Shown piece by piece: positions 37,380 to 46,683 of a stretch of 58,385 nucleotides of DNA. The stretch comes from an uncultured Cytophagia bacterium (GTDB lineage Bacteria > Zhuqueibacterota > Zhuqueibacteria > Residuimicrobiales > Oceaniaggregativiventaceae). Below the pieces are notes generated by a model, which did no database searches, had not been told where the DNA came from, and was given only the letters and a program-made list of their open reading frames with translations. The first letter of the stretch is position 1. The number at the start of each line of letters is the position of its first letter. The DNA lies in the NCBI GenBank assembly GCA_964413725.1, contig CAYPUH010000001.1, forward strand, positions 1 through 58,385. Reading direction: 5' to 3'. A program made the translations under genes and the position numbers.

Positions 37380-40187
37380 ATGAAACGCTTGATGGTACTT
37401 TTTTTGTGTATTGGATGGGTGGTTTCTGGATGGGCGGCGGATAAAAAGCCTTTGGATCACAGCGTCTATGATATGTGGGAGACGGCAGAGGGAGAACAGA
37501 TTGCCACAGATGGCGATTGGGTCCTTTATTCCGTAGAGCCTCAGGAAGGTGACGCGACATTTGTTATCCGGAGCCTGGAAACCGACAGTGAGTTCGAGGT
37601 TCCCCGGGGTGACAATGGCAAATTTACCTATGACGGCCGGTTTGCCGTATGCACAATCAAACCTTTTTTTGAAGAGACACGCCAGGCCAAAATCGATGAC
37701 AAAAAAGCGGACGAGATGCCCAAGGATTCCCTGGCCATTGTCAATCTGGCGACCCTGAACCTGACCAAAATTCCCCGGGTCAAGAGTTTCAAGGTACCTG
37801 AAGAGGGCGGCAGCTGGCTGGCGTATATGATGGAGCCCGCTCCGGAGGAACCGGATACTACAACGACAGAATCCGAAGAGGATGAAGAAGACGACGAGGA
37901 TCAGGACGAAGAGAAAAGCGACAAGGATCAATTGGTGATCCGGAATCTTGCCACCGGGGATGAATGGATGTATCCTGGGGTGTCGAGTTATGTCTTTAAC
38001 AAACCGGGAACCGGGCTGTTATTCAGTGTCAAGGGAGATAGCACTCTGCCCACAGGTCTTTATCATTTTGACATTAATGAAACCCGTATCGATACCTTGC
38101 TGAATGGTGAGGGAGAGTATAAACAGCTGACCTGGGATGAGGATGGTGAACAGGTCGCGTTTGTGGCGCACCAGGACACCTCTGACATCGAACCCAAGGT
38201 GTTTTCGCTCTATTACTGGGAACCCGGTGAGGACACGGCGGAACTGTTGGTGGATACCCTGACCACGGGACTGAAAGCCAACTGGGCGGTGAGTGAGCAT
38301 GGCAATCTGAATTTTTCCGAAAGCGGCGAGAGACTTTATCTGGGTACGGCCCCCATTCCGGAACCGGAAGACACCACCATCGTCGACTTTGAGGTGGCGA
38401 CGCTGGATGTCTGGAGCTGGACCGATCCGTATCTGCAACCGCATCAGCTGAAAGAAAAGGAAAAGGAAATCAATCGAACCTTTCGTGCGGTCGTCGATTT
38501 GGATGATAACCGTTTTGTGCAGCTGGCGGATTCGACTCTTCCGTCTGTCCGGTGGGGCCGGGAAGGGGATGCCGATGTGGCACTGGGATTCGATCATCTT
38601 CCCTATCGACAACTGGTGTCATGGGAAGGTGCCACCTACCGGGATGTTTATGTGGTGGATGTCGAAAGCGGGGACCGCACTCTGGTGGAAAGAAAACAAC
38701 GGGGCAGAATTCAGCTGTCGCCGGATGCACAATACATTCTCTGGTACAGCGAACCGGATTCCAACTGGTTCTGTTACGACATCGATCGAAAAAGCCGTGT
38801 CAATCTGACCCGGGATCTTTCGGTTGCCTTTTGGCAGGAAACGCGTTACATCCCGGATTATCCGGGTGCCTACGGTCCGATGGGATGGAGCAAGGATGAC
38901 GAGGATCTTTTCCTTTATGATCGATATGATATCTGGAGATTCGACCCCAACGGCGATACCGGGCCGGTCAATGTCACTCAGGGCGCGGGTCGGGAAAACA
39001 AACTCGAATTTCGTTACCATCGTCTGGACCGCGACGAACGCTTTTTCACGCCTGGACAAGAGTGGTTGTTTCGGACGTTTGACCACACGGACATGTCTGC
39101 CGGCTTTTATCGCAAGACCTTTGGCGACGACCAAGCACCTGAAAAGCTGATCAAAAGCGATCATCGATACGAAGGTTTAAAAAAAGCCGACGAGGCAGAT
39201 GTCTATATCTTTACGCGGGAATCCTCCCGGCAATCCCCGGATGTCTGGGTGAGCGATCCCGATTTTGAGGACATGCAGCAACAGAGTCATATCAATCCGC
39301 AGCAGGACGAGTATTACTGGCCCACTGTGGAGCTGGTGCACTGGACGTCGGCGGATGGCAGACCCCTCAAGGGATTGCTGTACAAGCCGGAAAACTTTGA
39401 TCCCGACAAGAAATATCCCATGATGGTCTATTTTTACGAACGGACCTCGTTCATCAAAAACTGGTACCAGCCGCCGCGGCCCAGTCCGTCCACCGTCCGC
39501 TCTTCTTTTTATGGCAGCCGGGATTATGTCTTTTTTATTCCGGATATCGTCTATGGAGAGGGGTATCCCGGACGAGACGCCATGGATTGTGTGGTGTCTG
39601 GAACACTGGACATGATCGATCGCGGCTTTGTGGACAAGGATCGCATTGCCATCCAGGGACAGAGCTGGGGTGGATATCAGGTGGCGTATCTGGTGACCAA
39701 GACCAATCTCTATGCTGCCGCCATGGCCGGCGCACCGGTTTCCAACATGACCAGTGCCTATGGTGGCATTCGCTGGGGCAGTGGCAAGAGCCGTATGTTT
39801 CAATACGAACATACCCAGAGTCGTATTGGTGGCACGCTATGGGAAAAACCCCTGCATTATCTGGAAAATTCTCCGGTTTTTACGGCACCGGACATTGAAA
39901 CGCCGCTTCTGATCATGCACAATGACAATGACGGTGCTGTGCCGTGGTATCAGGGTATCGAACTGTTTGTGGCCATGCGGCGATTGCAAAAGCCGGCATG
40001 GATGCTGGTTTACAACGACGAGTCTCACAACCTGAGCAAACGTCGGAACCGCAAGGATCTTTCCATTCGCATGCAGCAGTTTTTCGATCACTATCTTAAA
40101 GATGCTCCCAAACCCGTATGGATGGAGCATGGCGTTCCAGCGACGAAAAAGGGCAAGACGTGGGGATATGAATTGATTGGAGAGTAA
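37380..40187 (+). CDS. S9-family (prolyl oligopeptidase / dipeptidyl-peptidase-like) serine peptidase
   Basis: A signal peptide follows MKRLMVLFLCIGW. An N-terminal beta-propeller-like region precedes the C-terminal alpha/beta hydrolase with the nucleophile elbow GQSWGGY. There is a low-complexity acidic insert (ESEEDEEDDEDQDEE). The ORF is open from 37365. Confidence 0.88.
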   Translation: MKRLMVLFLCIGWVVSGWAADKKPLDHSVYDMWETAEGEQIATDGDWVLYSVEPQEGDATFVIRSLETDSEFEVPRGDNGKFTYDGRFAVCTIKPFFEETRQAKIDDKKADEMPKDSLAIVNLATLNLTKIPRVKSFKVPEEGGSWLAYMMEPAPEEPDTTTTESEEDEEDDEDQDEEKSDKDQLVIRNLATGDEWMYPGVSSYVFNKPGTGLLFSVKGDSTLPTGLYHFDINETRIDTLLNGEGEYKQLTWDEDGEQVAFVAHQDTSDIEPKVFSLYYWEPGEDTAELLVDTLTTGLKANWAVSEHGNLNFSESGERLYLGTAPIPEPEDTTIVDFEVATLDVWSWTDPYLQPHQLKEKEKEINRTFRAVVDLDDNRFVQLADSTLPSVRWGREGDADVALGFDHLPYRQLVSWEGATYRDVYVVDVESGDRTLVERKQRGRIQLSPDAQYILWYSEPDSNWFCYDIDRKSRVNLTRDLSVAFWQETRYIPDYPGAYGPMGWSKDDEDLFLYDRYDIWRFDPNGDTGPVNVTQGAGRENKLEFRYHRLDRDERFFTPGQEWLFRTFDHTDMSAGFYRKTFGDDQAPEKLIKSDHRYEGLKKADEADVYIFTRESSRQSPDVWVSDPDFEDMQQQSHINPQQDEYYWPTVELVHWTSADGRPLKGLLYKPENFDPDKKYPMMVYFYERTSFIKNWYQPPRPSPSTVRSSFYGSRDYVFFIPDIVYGEGYPGRDAMDCVVSGTLDMIDRGFVDKDRIAIQGQSWGGYQVAYLVTKTNLYAAAMAGAPVSNMTSAYGGIRWGSGKSRMFQYEHTQSRIGGTLWEKPLHYLENSPVFTAPDIETPLLIMHNDNDGAVPWYQGIELFVAMRRLQKPAWMLVYNDESHNLSKRRNRKDLSIRMQQFFDHYLKDAPKPVWMEHGVPATKKGKTWGYELIGE

Positions 40188-40195
40188 ACAACAGG

Positions 40196-40226
40196 CCGGG
40201 CGTTCAAGAGCGTCCGGCTTTGTTGC
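40196..40226 (+). terminator. Rho-independent terminator of the S9 peptidase gene
   Basis: GCCGGGCG-ttcaagag-CGTCCGGC forms 8 bp (one G-U) and is followed by TTTGTTG. Confidence 0.75.
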
Positions 40227-40486
40227 TTATAGCTGACGGCTTAAGCGCACGGTACGGCTGCGCCGATATGATGACCACATTCGTCAAACGCGTTTATGCT
40301 GTGCCGCCACCGGGTGTTGGATTGCAGGATTGGGCGCTGAGGGAAATACCGAACCGATCCCGTCTCCGATGAGACTGACCAGGGGCAGGATGGGGGTGCA
40401 CGGGATCGGTATGGATACTCGGTCGCACGTGCAGCCTGATACCGAAACATGACAAATCTTGTTATGGATTTCGGAAAGGAGTCAAT

Positions 40487-41755
40487 ATGCTCGCCGGATT
40501 TTCTCACCAAGACATTTCGCCTCCCGTCGGTATGGCTATGGAAGGCCTGAGTCAGAGCGGTGGCATAGAAGCGATACACGATCCCCTGAAGGTTCGCGCC
40601 CTGTGGGTGTCTCACGAGGATACCGATGTATTGATCCTGGGTTATGATGTGTTGTTTTTTGAGCGGCAAACGGTTTTTCGATTCAAGAACAAACTGCGGG
40701 AGCGCTTTGGATTGCAACCGGAGCAGATTTTGATCAACACCTCACATACCCATGCGGGACCTCGTCTCACCACCTGGCATTACAATGGCATTCCGGACGT
40801 CGCTTATATGGAACATATTCTCGATGCGACTCTGACAAGCACCGCCAGGGCGCGGGATTCGATGCGGGAGGTCACGATAAGAGCGGGTATGACAGAAACC
40901 GGGTTGCCGGTGAGCCGGCGGCAACCCGATGGCCGTGGGGGTGTGGTCTGGGCACCCTGGCCGGACGCAGAGGTGTGTCGGGCCCTGCCGGTGGTGGCCT
41001 TTACCGATGACAATGATGACATTGTATCTGTGTTGTTTTCCGTATCCTGTCATCCCTCGATGATTTTTTTAAACAGCGTGTCTGCCGATTATCCCGGAGT
41101 TGCGATGCGTCAACTGAACAAAGCACTCAAAACAGAGGGAGCTCTTTTTCTTCAGGGTTGTGGAGGAGATGCCAAACCCGCTCCCATTGCAGAGGGTACG
41201 CATCGATGGAGGCAGGGGACCTGGGAGGATGTGGAGACAGCCGGCAGGATGGTCGCTGACGAGGTGTTGAACGCTGTGAAATCCGGACTGACGCTCATCG
41301 AACCAACGCTCGGAGGGGAGATTAAGAGCCTCTCCTGTCCGTTGCAATCCCTTCCCTCATTCGATTTTTATCAGCACTATATCGATGATCCTGGTCCCAA
41401 AGGTGGACGAGATCAATGGGCTCGCGAGAAAATGGAGATTTTGATGCGAGGCGGATCGTTGCCGGAGAGTCTGGATGTGGATGTGCATTTCCTGTGGCTG
41501 GGCCCCGAGTTGAAGATTGTGGCACTGGAAGCCGAAGCGGTGGGCGAGCTGGGGAATGTGATCGATGCAAACGGGGGACCCGGAATCACGCTGCCTCTTG
41601 CCTATAGCAATGGTGCCCGTGCCTATTTGCCCACGAGTCATATGGTCCGCGAAGGGGGCTATGAAGTGGATAGCTACTGGGAATACCATCTGCCGGCACC
41701 GCTGGCAGAGGGGATTGAAGATAAGCTGGCAGAGCTGATGAATATAATGATGTGA
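40487..41755 (+). CDS. Neutral/alkaline ceramidase-like N-terminal domain protein
   Basis: 422 aa. The N-terminus MLAGFSHQDISPPVGMAMEG...IHDPLKVRALWV matches the typical D(I/V)(T/S)PPxGxxxxG...HDPLxxRAL pattern of this family. The call is by recollection only. Confidence 0.65.
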   Translation: MLAGFSHQDISPPVGMAMEGLSQSGGIEAIHDPLKVRALWVSHEDTDVLILGYDVLFFERQTVFRFKNKLRERFGLQPEQILINTSHTHAGPRLTTWHYNGIPDVAYMEHILDATLTSTARARDSMREVTIRAGMTETGLPVSRRQPDGRGGVVWAPWPDAEVCRALPVVAFTDDNDDIVSVLFSVSCHPSMIFLNSVSADYPGVAMRQLNKALKTEGALFLQGCGGDAKPAPIAEGTHRWRQGTWEDVETAGRMVADEVLNAVKSGLTLIEPTLGGEIKSLSCPLQSLPSFDFYQHYIDDPGPKGGRDQWAREKMEILMRGGSLPESLDVDVHFLWLGPELKIVALEAEAVGELGNVIDANGGPGITLPLAYSNGARAYLPTSHMVREGGYEVDSYWEYHLPAPLAEGIEDKLAELMNIMM

Positions 41756-41758
41756 TCT

Positions 41759-41790
41759 CTGGTGTCCGGTTACCGGACACCAGTGTATTT
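41759..41790 (+). terminator. Rho-independent terminator (CTGGTGTCCGG-tta-CCGGACACCAG)
   Basis: An 11-bp perfect stem lies 4 nt after the stop codon and is followed by TGTATTTAACTTTA. Confidence 0.75.
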
Positions 41791-42112
41791 AACTTTATAA
41801 TAAAACCAATGATTTCGCAAGGTTTGATTCAAATCGATTCTGTTTTTCGACTAACATAATAAAATGATTTTAATGGAATTGTGGTGGTGTGTCCGGTCGT
41901 TCGACCGGATACTCGTGTGATGTGATATAAAAATGATGGTTTTGATTGGTTTTTATGGCAGTGATTTTTTATCATAAAGGATGCACAGGGCTGTTCTGAA
42001 TTTCGAGGCTCGATATATTTTTTTATGTGTATCAATACACCCCCTTCCTCTCTTTTTTTTCTTCCTGCAATTGGTTTCAAATAGACTCCATGACCTTGAT
42101 TGTTTTCCAGTT

Positions 42113-42144
42113 CGTGATATAACAATACGACATAGTTATATCAC
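42113..42144. repeat. 11-bp perfect inverted repeat CGTGATATAAC-10 nt-GTTATATCACG in the ORF-free leader
   Basis: Read directly from the sequence. ATTTTCAAT follows it. Confidence 0.5.
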
Positions 42145-42879
42145 GATTTTCAATCCTATATACAGATCAAACCGTATATATACTCAAGGATTTGTTCTAA
42201 TCTGTGCAGTTTTAGGTGCTTATTTTACGGGAGATAACCCTGATGTTCGAGTCACCAAACGAAGCTCGTAATATTTCCTCTCTTTTTATGGAAAGGGGCA
42301 TAATAATTGCTTATAAGTTTAGGTGATCGGTATCCAAAAGGTCACTTGGGTTAGGAATGAATGCATCATCGATTTAATTCTCAATTTTACCATGTTTTTC
42401 AAGTGTCTCGATATTTTGACCGTACTTGGTATTTTTGAGTTTAAGGCAATTGTACAGTCTTGATATTTTTAAAAGCAGAGAATTTATTGTCAGAGGGGAT
42501 AATATTGATACTATTCCACAGAAAGTAATAATTCAAAGATGCTTTACAAGGATGATAAGCGCCATTATTTCGTGATAGCGTCACTGTTTTATTACAAGAG
42601 TACTATCCCAAGGGGACTGCCTGCTGCGGTTATGTTCAACTATTTATTTCGGTGAGGTAAAAAGAATCGGTTTGGACACAATGCCCGAAAAACACTTGAA
42701 CTTTTAGGAACGTTAGATGGGATGGTTTCAGTAAACAAACACCAGAGAGGTATTGCCTGTATTTTAAGAATGATCTCTTTTAGCTGCTCATCCGTAATTA
42801 ACAGGTTATCGATTTTCTGAGGCTATCTGTTGTCTTGAAGCTCGGATATTCTGAACCCGTTAAAACAAACATGTGAGGA

Positions 42880-44124
42880 ATGAAGATGAAAAAGATCAAG
42901 GTTGTTTTGTGTGTTTTGTTTATGCTGAGTATACAGAGTTATGCTCAGCTGCTTGTTAAGGGTCATTTAGAGAGTACCGTGATGCGGGTGACGTCGTCTG
43001 GTGACGTTGGAATTGCTATCGGGGATGCCACTCCTGCTGCGACATTGGATATAGGCGGGGATTTACGAATTGGCACCGTGAGCGATGAAGGGAACAGTGA
43101 TGACATTTCGGTATTGGTTCTGGATGGTGGCATTGTGAAAAAACGAACCCTCACCGCCGACATCTGGGACGGCGATGCCACCGGTTCCGGGGCAGATGGT
43201 GTGGTCACCAGTGCCAATTTTTCCGGTAGCGCCAGCAAAACCCTGACGCTTGGCCGCAGCAATGGCTTGTCCGATCTGACAGCCTCTTTTAGCGATCGCT
43301 TTGAAGCCAACACTGACAATCAAAACCTCAGCTATACCAATCTCAATGCGCCCACCGGGCACTATACAACACACCGGGTGGATATCACCGGCGGCACGAA
43401 TGCCACCATCAGGGATTATTATGATCCCAATACCGACAATCAGAATCTCTATAATGTACTGGGTTATGATGGAGGGGATGCTGGTGGACGTAGTGCTGTC
43501 AATGTGGGTTCTCTAGCTATAGGTGCTGACGACGCCAATGGGGCAACTCTTCGGGCCGTGGGATTTGTGAATGTTGAGGGAAGTCAGCATATTCATAACA
43601 ACCTGACCGTTGCCTGGTCTGGCGACCCTGCTTCTGCTGCCTATATCGGTACCAATGCCCAGCCGACGAATCCTTCAGGAAACTACAAATTGGTGGTCAA
43701 TGGACCTCTCTATGTCCATGGCGGCGCTCGTATGTGTTTCGATGGAGGCAGTAAACTGGGTATTGGAGTTCCCAATCCTACTTCATCTCTGGCTATTGCC
43801 AATCTGCCCTCCGGCTCCGAAATGAATATCACGGCAGATAATACCGGTAATCTCTATCGGGACACTTCTTCCAGACGATATAAAGAGAATATCCAACCCC
43901 TGGACGATGATTTTGCAAAAATTCTACAACTCGCCCCTCGTTCTTTTATATATAAAGACAGTCAACTCGAATCTTTTGGATATATAGCAGAGGAACTGGA
44001 TGATCTCGGCCTGGATAACCTTGTCATTTACAATGAAGAGGGCGATCCGGAATCGATTCGGTATGACAAGTTATCCGTTTATTTAATCGAGATTGTTAAA
44101 GATCTGTATTCTCGAGTGAATTAA
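42880..44124 (+). CDS. Secreted tail-fibre-like protein with a C-terminal intramolecular-chaperone (peptidase S74) domain
   Basis: It has a signal peptide and the motif VGIAIGDATPAATLDIGGDLRIG, typical of tail-fibre-like proteins. NTDNQNL is duplicated. The C-terminal DTSSRRYKENIQPL...GYIAEEL...IRYDKL matches the S74 autoproteolytic chaperone signature (S..R.K.NI). The real start may be the second ATG (42886), 6 nt after GAGGA. Confidence 0.8.
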   Translation: MKMKKIKVVLCVLFMLSIQSYAQLLVKGHLESTVMRVTSSGDVGIAIGDATPAATLDIGGDLRIGTVSDEGNSDDISVLVLDGGIVKKRTLTADIWDGDATGSGADGVVTSANFSGSASKTLTLGRSNGLSDLTASFSDRFEANTDNQNLSYTNLNAPTGHYTTHRVDITGGTNATIRDYYDPNTDNQNLYNVLGYDGGDAGGRSAVNVGSLAIGADDANGATLRAVGFVNVEGSQHIHNNLTVAWSGDPASAAYIGTNAQPTNPSGNYKLVVNGPLYVHGGARMCFDGGSKLGIGVPNPTSSLAIANLPSGSEMNITADNTGNLYRDTSSRRYKENIQPLDDDFAKILQLAPRSFIYKDSQLESFGYIAEELDDLGLDNLVIYNEEGDPESIRYDKLSVYLIEIVKDLYSRVN

Positions 44125-44256
44125 GCTGATCTCAATTAATCGTCATTCCTGTACTGTGTGTTGCTCAGGCATGTTCTGATCAACCGTTTTTAAAATAATG
44201 TCCGCATACATTCTTGTCCAAAATAGATTTTTGCAACCAAAAGATGATAACAAGAG

Positions 44257-44294
44257 CTCACAGAGAACCGCAGAGGAAAAAGAGAGAAAGATAA
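44257..44294 (+). repeat. Member of the CACAGAG / AAAGAGAAAGA repeat family
   Basis: CTCACAGAGAACCGCAGAGGAAAAAGAGAGAAAGATA resembles positions 26803-26850 of the 170-bp repeat. Confidence 0.6.
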
Positions 44295-44435
44295 AGGGTA
44301 TAGATGGTTTGAAACTGTAAAATCATTGTTTAAGAGGTTCTTGTTAAGCAAGTTAAAATCAATGAAATGAACTGATTTAACAGCAATGTTTTTGAAACGA
44401 GAGAAATCCTGTTGAATCAACTTTTTTTTAAATTG

Positions 44436-44487
44436 TTTTTTCTCTCTGTGGTCTCACTTTTTGTTCTCTGAAAAACTCTGTTTTTTT
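44436..44487 (-). repeat. Member of the CACAGAG repeat family in inverted orientation
   Basis: The plus strand reads TTTTTTCTCTCTGTGGTCTCACTTTTTGTTCTCTGAAAAACTCTG. Its reverse complement contains GTGAGACCACAGAGAGAAAAA. Confidence 0.55.
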
Positions 44488-44926
44488 GTCGTCCTGTTTT
44501 AACCGTTTGGCTCAAAAAATGTATAAATGTCATATTTTCAGATGATAAATATGATACTTTTGCTTGTTTCGGACAGCAATGGTCCGAATAGAGATATCGT
44601 TCTGTTTTTGAGAAGGAATGAATATTTGAATATAGATAGAGGAATTATGGTACATTTTTAGGCATGATGGTTGCAATTTTTTGCTCAAAGGTTAGACGAC
44701 TTTGGATAATCTTTGTAAAGCATTGATATTAATCGTTCTTTTCCGTGGTCTCTGACTCTTTGGCCTTTCTTCTGTCACTGAATGATGTTAGTGTGACACA
44801 ATATTGTGACGTTTTCGATTGCAATCGATGAATAGGGACGGTTGATTTTAGCTCTGATCATTGAAAAAATTTTGCCAACGCAGGATGCAAAATTTTGTTA
44901 ATTCAGCATACTATAGGGAGAAAAGC

Positions 44927-45997
44927 ATGAAACAGTTAATTTTTGTTCTTGCTCTTTGTGCCGCCCATGTGTGTTCCGCTCAATTGATCGTAAAAAACAA
45001 TACCGGCATATTGATGCATGTAGACACGGATGGGATGGTGGGATTTCGAACCACAGAGAAAAAAGGATTGGTTAACATCGATTCCCTTGGGCATCCCTAT
45101 TCTTTTCATAATGCAGCTGGTAACAACACTATTGGCAAGTCTTGTCTGTTTATCGATGCAAAGGATAATCTGGATTATTCTCAGGCTGTTAAGCAGATGG
45201 CCATCCACGCCTTTGCTCATGCAGATGCGACACCCTCCACATCGACGGAAGCCAGACAGAACATTGCTATCAGTGCCCATCTTTACAATGGTGATCGAAC
45301 CAAAACCATCGGTGTCGCCAATCTCGGAGAAAACTGGTCACTCGGTCCGCAGGATCCGACTCGACGGGATATTACCATCGTAAAAGGTTCTTTACAAAAT
45401 CCGGATGAGGTGATGGATGCCCCGAGCGCAATCCGAAGAATCAGCGCGGTTGAGGGGTCGGTTCGATCTGATCGCAACACAATTGCTCCCGATAAAGTCT
45501 ATGCCGGCTATTTTTCGGGTGCGAAAACGTTTGTCGCTGAACCCCTTTATGTTGGTCGGAATGATCAAATCGGCGGAGAAATCGGAGAACCTCACTTGTC
45601 GGTTTATTCGACAACTGAAAATCCTTCTGCCAAATTGAGACTGCGCGGCAGCGGAGATGGTATCCGCTATGCAAACATTCAATTGGCGCGTACCCAAGAT
45701 GAAAAAAAATGGATTCTCAATTACCGGCAACCGGAAAGCGGCGATTTTGAACGTGATCTCCTCTTTACCTATTACAACGAAAATACCAGCGACCCCGATA
45801 ATGGCTATGATGCCGTGATGGCTTTGGAACACGATACTCATTATTTAAATCTGCATCAGGGGGGTCTTTTGATCAATGAGACGGCAACGCCCAATCCCAA
45901 TACCATTCCAAATGGTCATGTTTTGATCTATGTCGCCGGCGGAGATCTAAAGGCGATGGACAGTTCCGGAAACATTGTCAATGTGGCCACCTTTTGA
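44927..45997 (+). CDS. Secreted hypothetical protein, N-terminally related to the tail-fibre-like protein
   Basis: I chose the start at MKQLIFVLALCAAHVCSA because GGGAG lies 6 nt upstream. The mature N-terminus AQLIVKNNTGILMHVDTDGMVGF parallels AQLLVKGHLESTVMRVTSSGDVGI of the 42880 gene. I recognise no family for the remainder. Confidence 0.7.
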   Translation: MKQLIFVLALCAAHVCSAQLIVKNNTGILMHVDTDGMVGFRTTEKKGLVNIDSLGHPYSFHNAAGNNTIGKSCLFIDAKDNLDYSQAVKQMAIHAFAHADATPSTSTEARQNIAISAHLYNGDRTKTIGVANLGENWSLGPQDPTRRDITIVKGSLQNPDEVMDAPSAIRRISAVEGSVRSDRNTIAPDKVYAGYFSGAKTFVAEPLYVGRNDQIGGEIGEPHLSVYSTTENPSAKLRLRGSGDGIRYANIQLARTQDEKKWILNYRQPESGDFERDLLFTYYNENTSDPDNGYDAVMALEHDTHYLNLHQGGLLINETATPNPNTIPNGHVLIYVAGGDLKAMDSSGNIVNVATF

Positions 45998-46041
45998 GCT
46001 GCTGTAATCCTGATTTCCTCACTATGTTGAATGTCATCGTT

Positions 46042-46084
46042 CTGTTCACGTTGAATCCCGATGGTCATCGTTCAACGTGAACAG
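46042..46084 (+). terminator. 14-bp perfect hairpin after the 44927 gene (terminator-like, no U-tract)
   Basis: CTGTTCACGTTGAA-15 nt-TTCAACGTGAACAG. Confidence 0.45.
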
Positions 46085-46167
46085 GACTTGCGCATGTTCT
46101 GCAGGTCCTCCTTGTCCTCGATTTTTTAACTTGGACAAATCCCTCTGGTTTTGTTTATTACATCATC

Positions 46168-46659
46168 ATGTCCACCCGAACCGACATTCTCTATCATCCC
46201 ATCGGTGTGATCCGCACACCATGGACCTCTGTGGAAAATGCACCGATCCAGCCGGCCGGTGCACGAGATATTGAGGGAACAATCGAGATCAAAGAGATCT
46301 ATCTCGAAGGTCTGCGCGATCTTGACGGATTTTCGCATATTCTGTTGGTGTATCATTTGCATCAAGCGGGAGAAGCGCTGTTGACCGTTACACCGTTTCT
46401 GGACACCCGACCGCATGGGTTGTTCGCCACCCGGGCGCCGCGACGACCCAACCCCATCGGTATCTCGGTGGTGCGTTTGAGTCATATCGAGGGAGTGACG
46501 CTGAACATTCTGGATGTGGATATGCTGGATGGTACTCCCTTGCTGGACATCAAACCCGTGACAAGAGAGTTCGATGGCATACCCACAGCCCGTGATGGCT
46601 GGCTTTCTGAAACTCAAAATCAGGTTTCCCGTATTCGCTCCGACAACCGGTTTCAATAA
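46168..46659 (+). CDS. trmO: tRNA (t6A37-N6)-methyltransferase TrmO (TsaA/YaeB family)
   Basis: IGVIRTPW...GFSHILLVYHLH...GLFATRAPRRPNPIGISVV...LDGTPLLDIKP aligns by eye with E. coli YaeB. Confidence 0.88.
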   Translation: MSTRTDILYHPIGVIRTPWTSVENAPIQPAGARDIEGTIEIKEIYLEGLRDLDGFSHILLVYHLHQAGEALLTVTPFLDTRPHGLFATRAPRRPNPIGISVVRLSHIEGVTLNILDVDMLDGTPLLDIKPVTREFDGIPTARDGWLSETQNQVSRIRSDNRFQ

Positions 46660-46683
46660 AAAGTTTTTATCCGATCTCATGAT

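Noticed and set aside
41829-42125. 98-aa minus-strand ORF and other short ORFs in the 1.1-kb AT-rich leader.
   Set aside because: The composition is Lys/Asn/His-rich and low-complexity. There is no RBS, and stops are frequent in all other frames. I treat the region as non-coding.
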